Below are positions 37,250 through 38,839 of a stretch of DNA of 38,839 bases, piece by piece. The stretch's first letter is position 1. Each line of letters opens with the position of its first letter. Where the stretch lies: contig JBBMKC010075162.1 in NCBI GenBank assembly GCA_037834085.1, positions 1 to 38,839 of the forward strand. Reading direction: 5' to 3'. The notes under the pieces are model-generated. The model was given only the letters and a program-made list of their open reading frames with translations, ran no database searches and was not told the origin of the DNA. The stretch comes from Bipalium vagum. Lineage: Eukaryota. The position numbers were made by a program, and so were the translations under genes.

Positions 37250-38520
37250 TATATAATATATTAGAATTATAATAATAATTTTTTTATCTTCAGATGTTAA
37301 TACCTTATCTTTATAATATTCTTTAGTAATTTTTATTATATTAATAAGATGATTATCTATTTCATTTATTACATTAAAAAATCATCTAAAACATTTTCTC
37401 CATAAAATTGAAAATATATTGATTAAAATAATTCTAGTTAATTCGATTTAATATAAATTATTACTGATAAAGGATGTTGTTTAGTTATCAATTTTTTATC
37501 ATCAGAAACGATTTCATTTTCACATGTATTATAAAATTCAAAATCAATATATACTACAAATGGAATTTTATCTCTAAAAAATTTATTTATAAATTTCAAT
37601 AATCTTCTTTTAGAAATTCTTTCTGCATATTATTACATGTTCATAAAGTAAATTTTCTGATCTATTTGAATCTAAACCATTTAGACAAATATGATTACTA
37701 TGAAAATTTGTATTGGAAAAAATATTCATATTTTTATATAATACATAATGGTTATTATATAATAAAAATTTACATTTTTCTCCTTCGATAGTTGGATGAG
37801 ATATAAAATGCTATAAATTGGTGTCTATATTTTATTGTCACTTGTGTTATCTTTTGATAATTAAAAACATGTACTTTAATATTATTTTGTTTATTAATTT
37901 TTTTATATCTTCTATTTGTTTAAAAAAATATTATATCATTTAAATTTATTTCATTTATATATGGAACATAAGTATTTACTCTATCACTATTTATGTACTT
38001 TATTATTTACTCTATCTTTTGCTGGATGTGAATAAACAATTACTGAATAAATAAAACATTTTGAATATTATTTTTACAATATATGTTGATTTAAATGGTA
38101 ACTCAACATATGAAGAGCCAATTAAACTTTGATATTTAAATAAATCTAATTGAATTGATTTCATCCTTTCAAAATTCCATTCTGATTATGTATGTTCATT
38201 TTTTTCTATAAAATTATTTAATTGTTCTAAATTTCATAAAACTGAACTTATTTTTGCTTTCATATTAATTTTTTTCGGATTTAGAATAATATGAAGATGT
38301 TAATTCCTGTCTTCTAAAATATTTCTCTCATAATTATATTATATTAATACCTTATATTTAAATTTCTTATTTAATTCAAAATATTTTAGTAAAATTTTGG
38401 TTATTTCATTTTTAAAATTAAGTATATTTTATTCATTGGTTTCTTTGGTTATTTCGATTTTACTATCTTTAAATATTATTAATATTGTAATTGTATGTTT
38501 TATATTCTTAATTAACGTTT
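37250..38520 (-). pseudogene. Maverick/Polinton protein-primed DNA polymerase B, N-terminal part (OTU-like region, Zn finger, Exo I)
   Basis: Motifs in the expected order across frameshifts: SEWNFERMKSIQLDLFKYQSLIGSSYVELP, KCFIYSVIVYSHPAKDRV, YINEINLNDIIF, NNIKVHVF, LLYNNHYVLYKN, HICLNGL...LYEHVIIC, KIPFVVYIDFE, KQHPLS, FYGENVLDDF, LTSEDK. The polymerase core is absent. Confidence 0.9.
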
Positions 38521-38839
38521 TCGTTGTAATAATCATGATCATCACTGTGAGATAAATTGAAAATTAGTCGATGGATGTAGCTCAGCGGTAGACAAGTCCA
38601 TGCGCATGTGATGGGTCCTTTTCTAAATCAGAAACATTAAAACCGATTCGTAACTTTGTGTCAGCGCAAAGTACTTTCATTTCTCGTATATCAATGGCTG
38701 CAAGTTTGTTTCTGCTTGCTTGGAACAAAATTTGTCTAACGATAATTTTGATTCAAAACTTGTCAAATATATATACGAATTGAGACAGATTAAAGAAAAG
38801 AACTTATTTCTTGGTAAATCTTCAGGTCAAAGATCATCC

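Larger units (their letters stand above)
36170..38520. mobile_element. Fossil Maverick/Polinton (endogenous polintovirus) remnant
   Basis: Two adjacent, convergent, intronless hallmark pseudogenes: minor capsid and pPolB N-terminus. No TIR or (AG)n end recognised; boundaries approximate. Confidence 0.85.

Noticed and set aside
1-38839. Prokaryotic systems (CRISPR array, operons, defence islands)
   Set aside because: No regularly spaced repeat-spacer array, very low coding density, and spliceosomal introns are present.

Overview
Very AT-rich eukaryotic (probably small invertebrate) genomic DNA with short spliceosomal introns; it is not prokaryotic. Only one clearly intact gene is visible: a 5-exon ubiquitin-specific protease (C19/USP) on the minus strand at about 32949-34680, whose third catalytic position looks like Ser. 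The first 26 kb is a graveyard of TA-targeting DNA transposons: several mariner copies, Tc1 copies, a DD41D/rosa-type 3' end and a pogo-type MITE, some with recognisable TIRs and TA target sites. Scattered among them are decayed gene-like fragments that share short peptide motifs and may be one orphan paralog family. At the right end (about 36.2-38.5 kb), and missing from the ORF track because of stops and frameshifts, is a fossil Maverick/Polinton endogenous virus. It consists of a minor capsid (penton) gene on +, interrupted by a possible Penelope fragment, converging on the N-terminal part (OTU-like, Zn finger, Exo I) of a protein-primed DNA polymerase B on -. All translations and alignments were done by eye; family calls rest on remembered motifs, not database searches.
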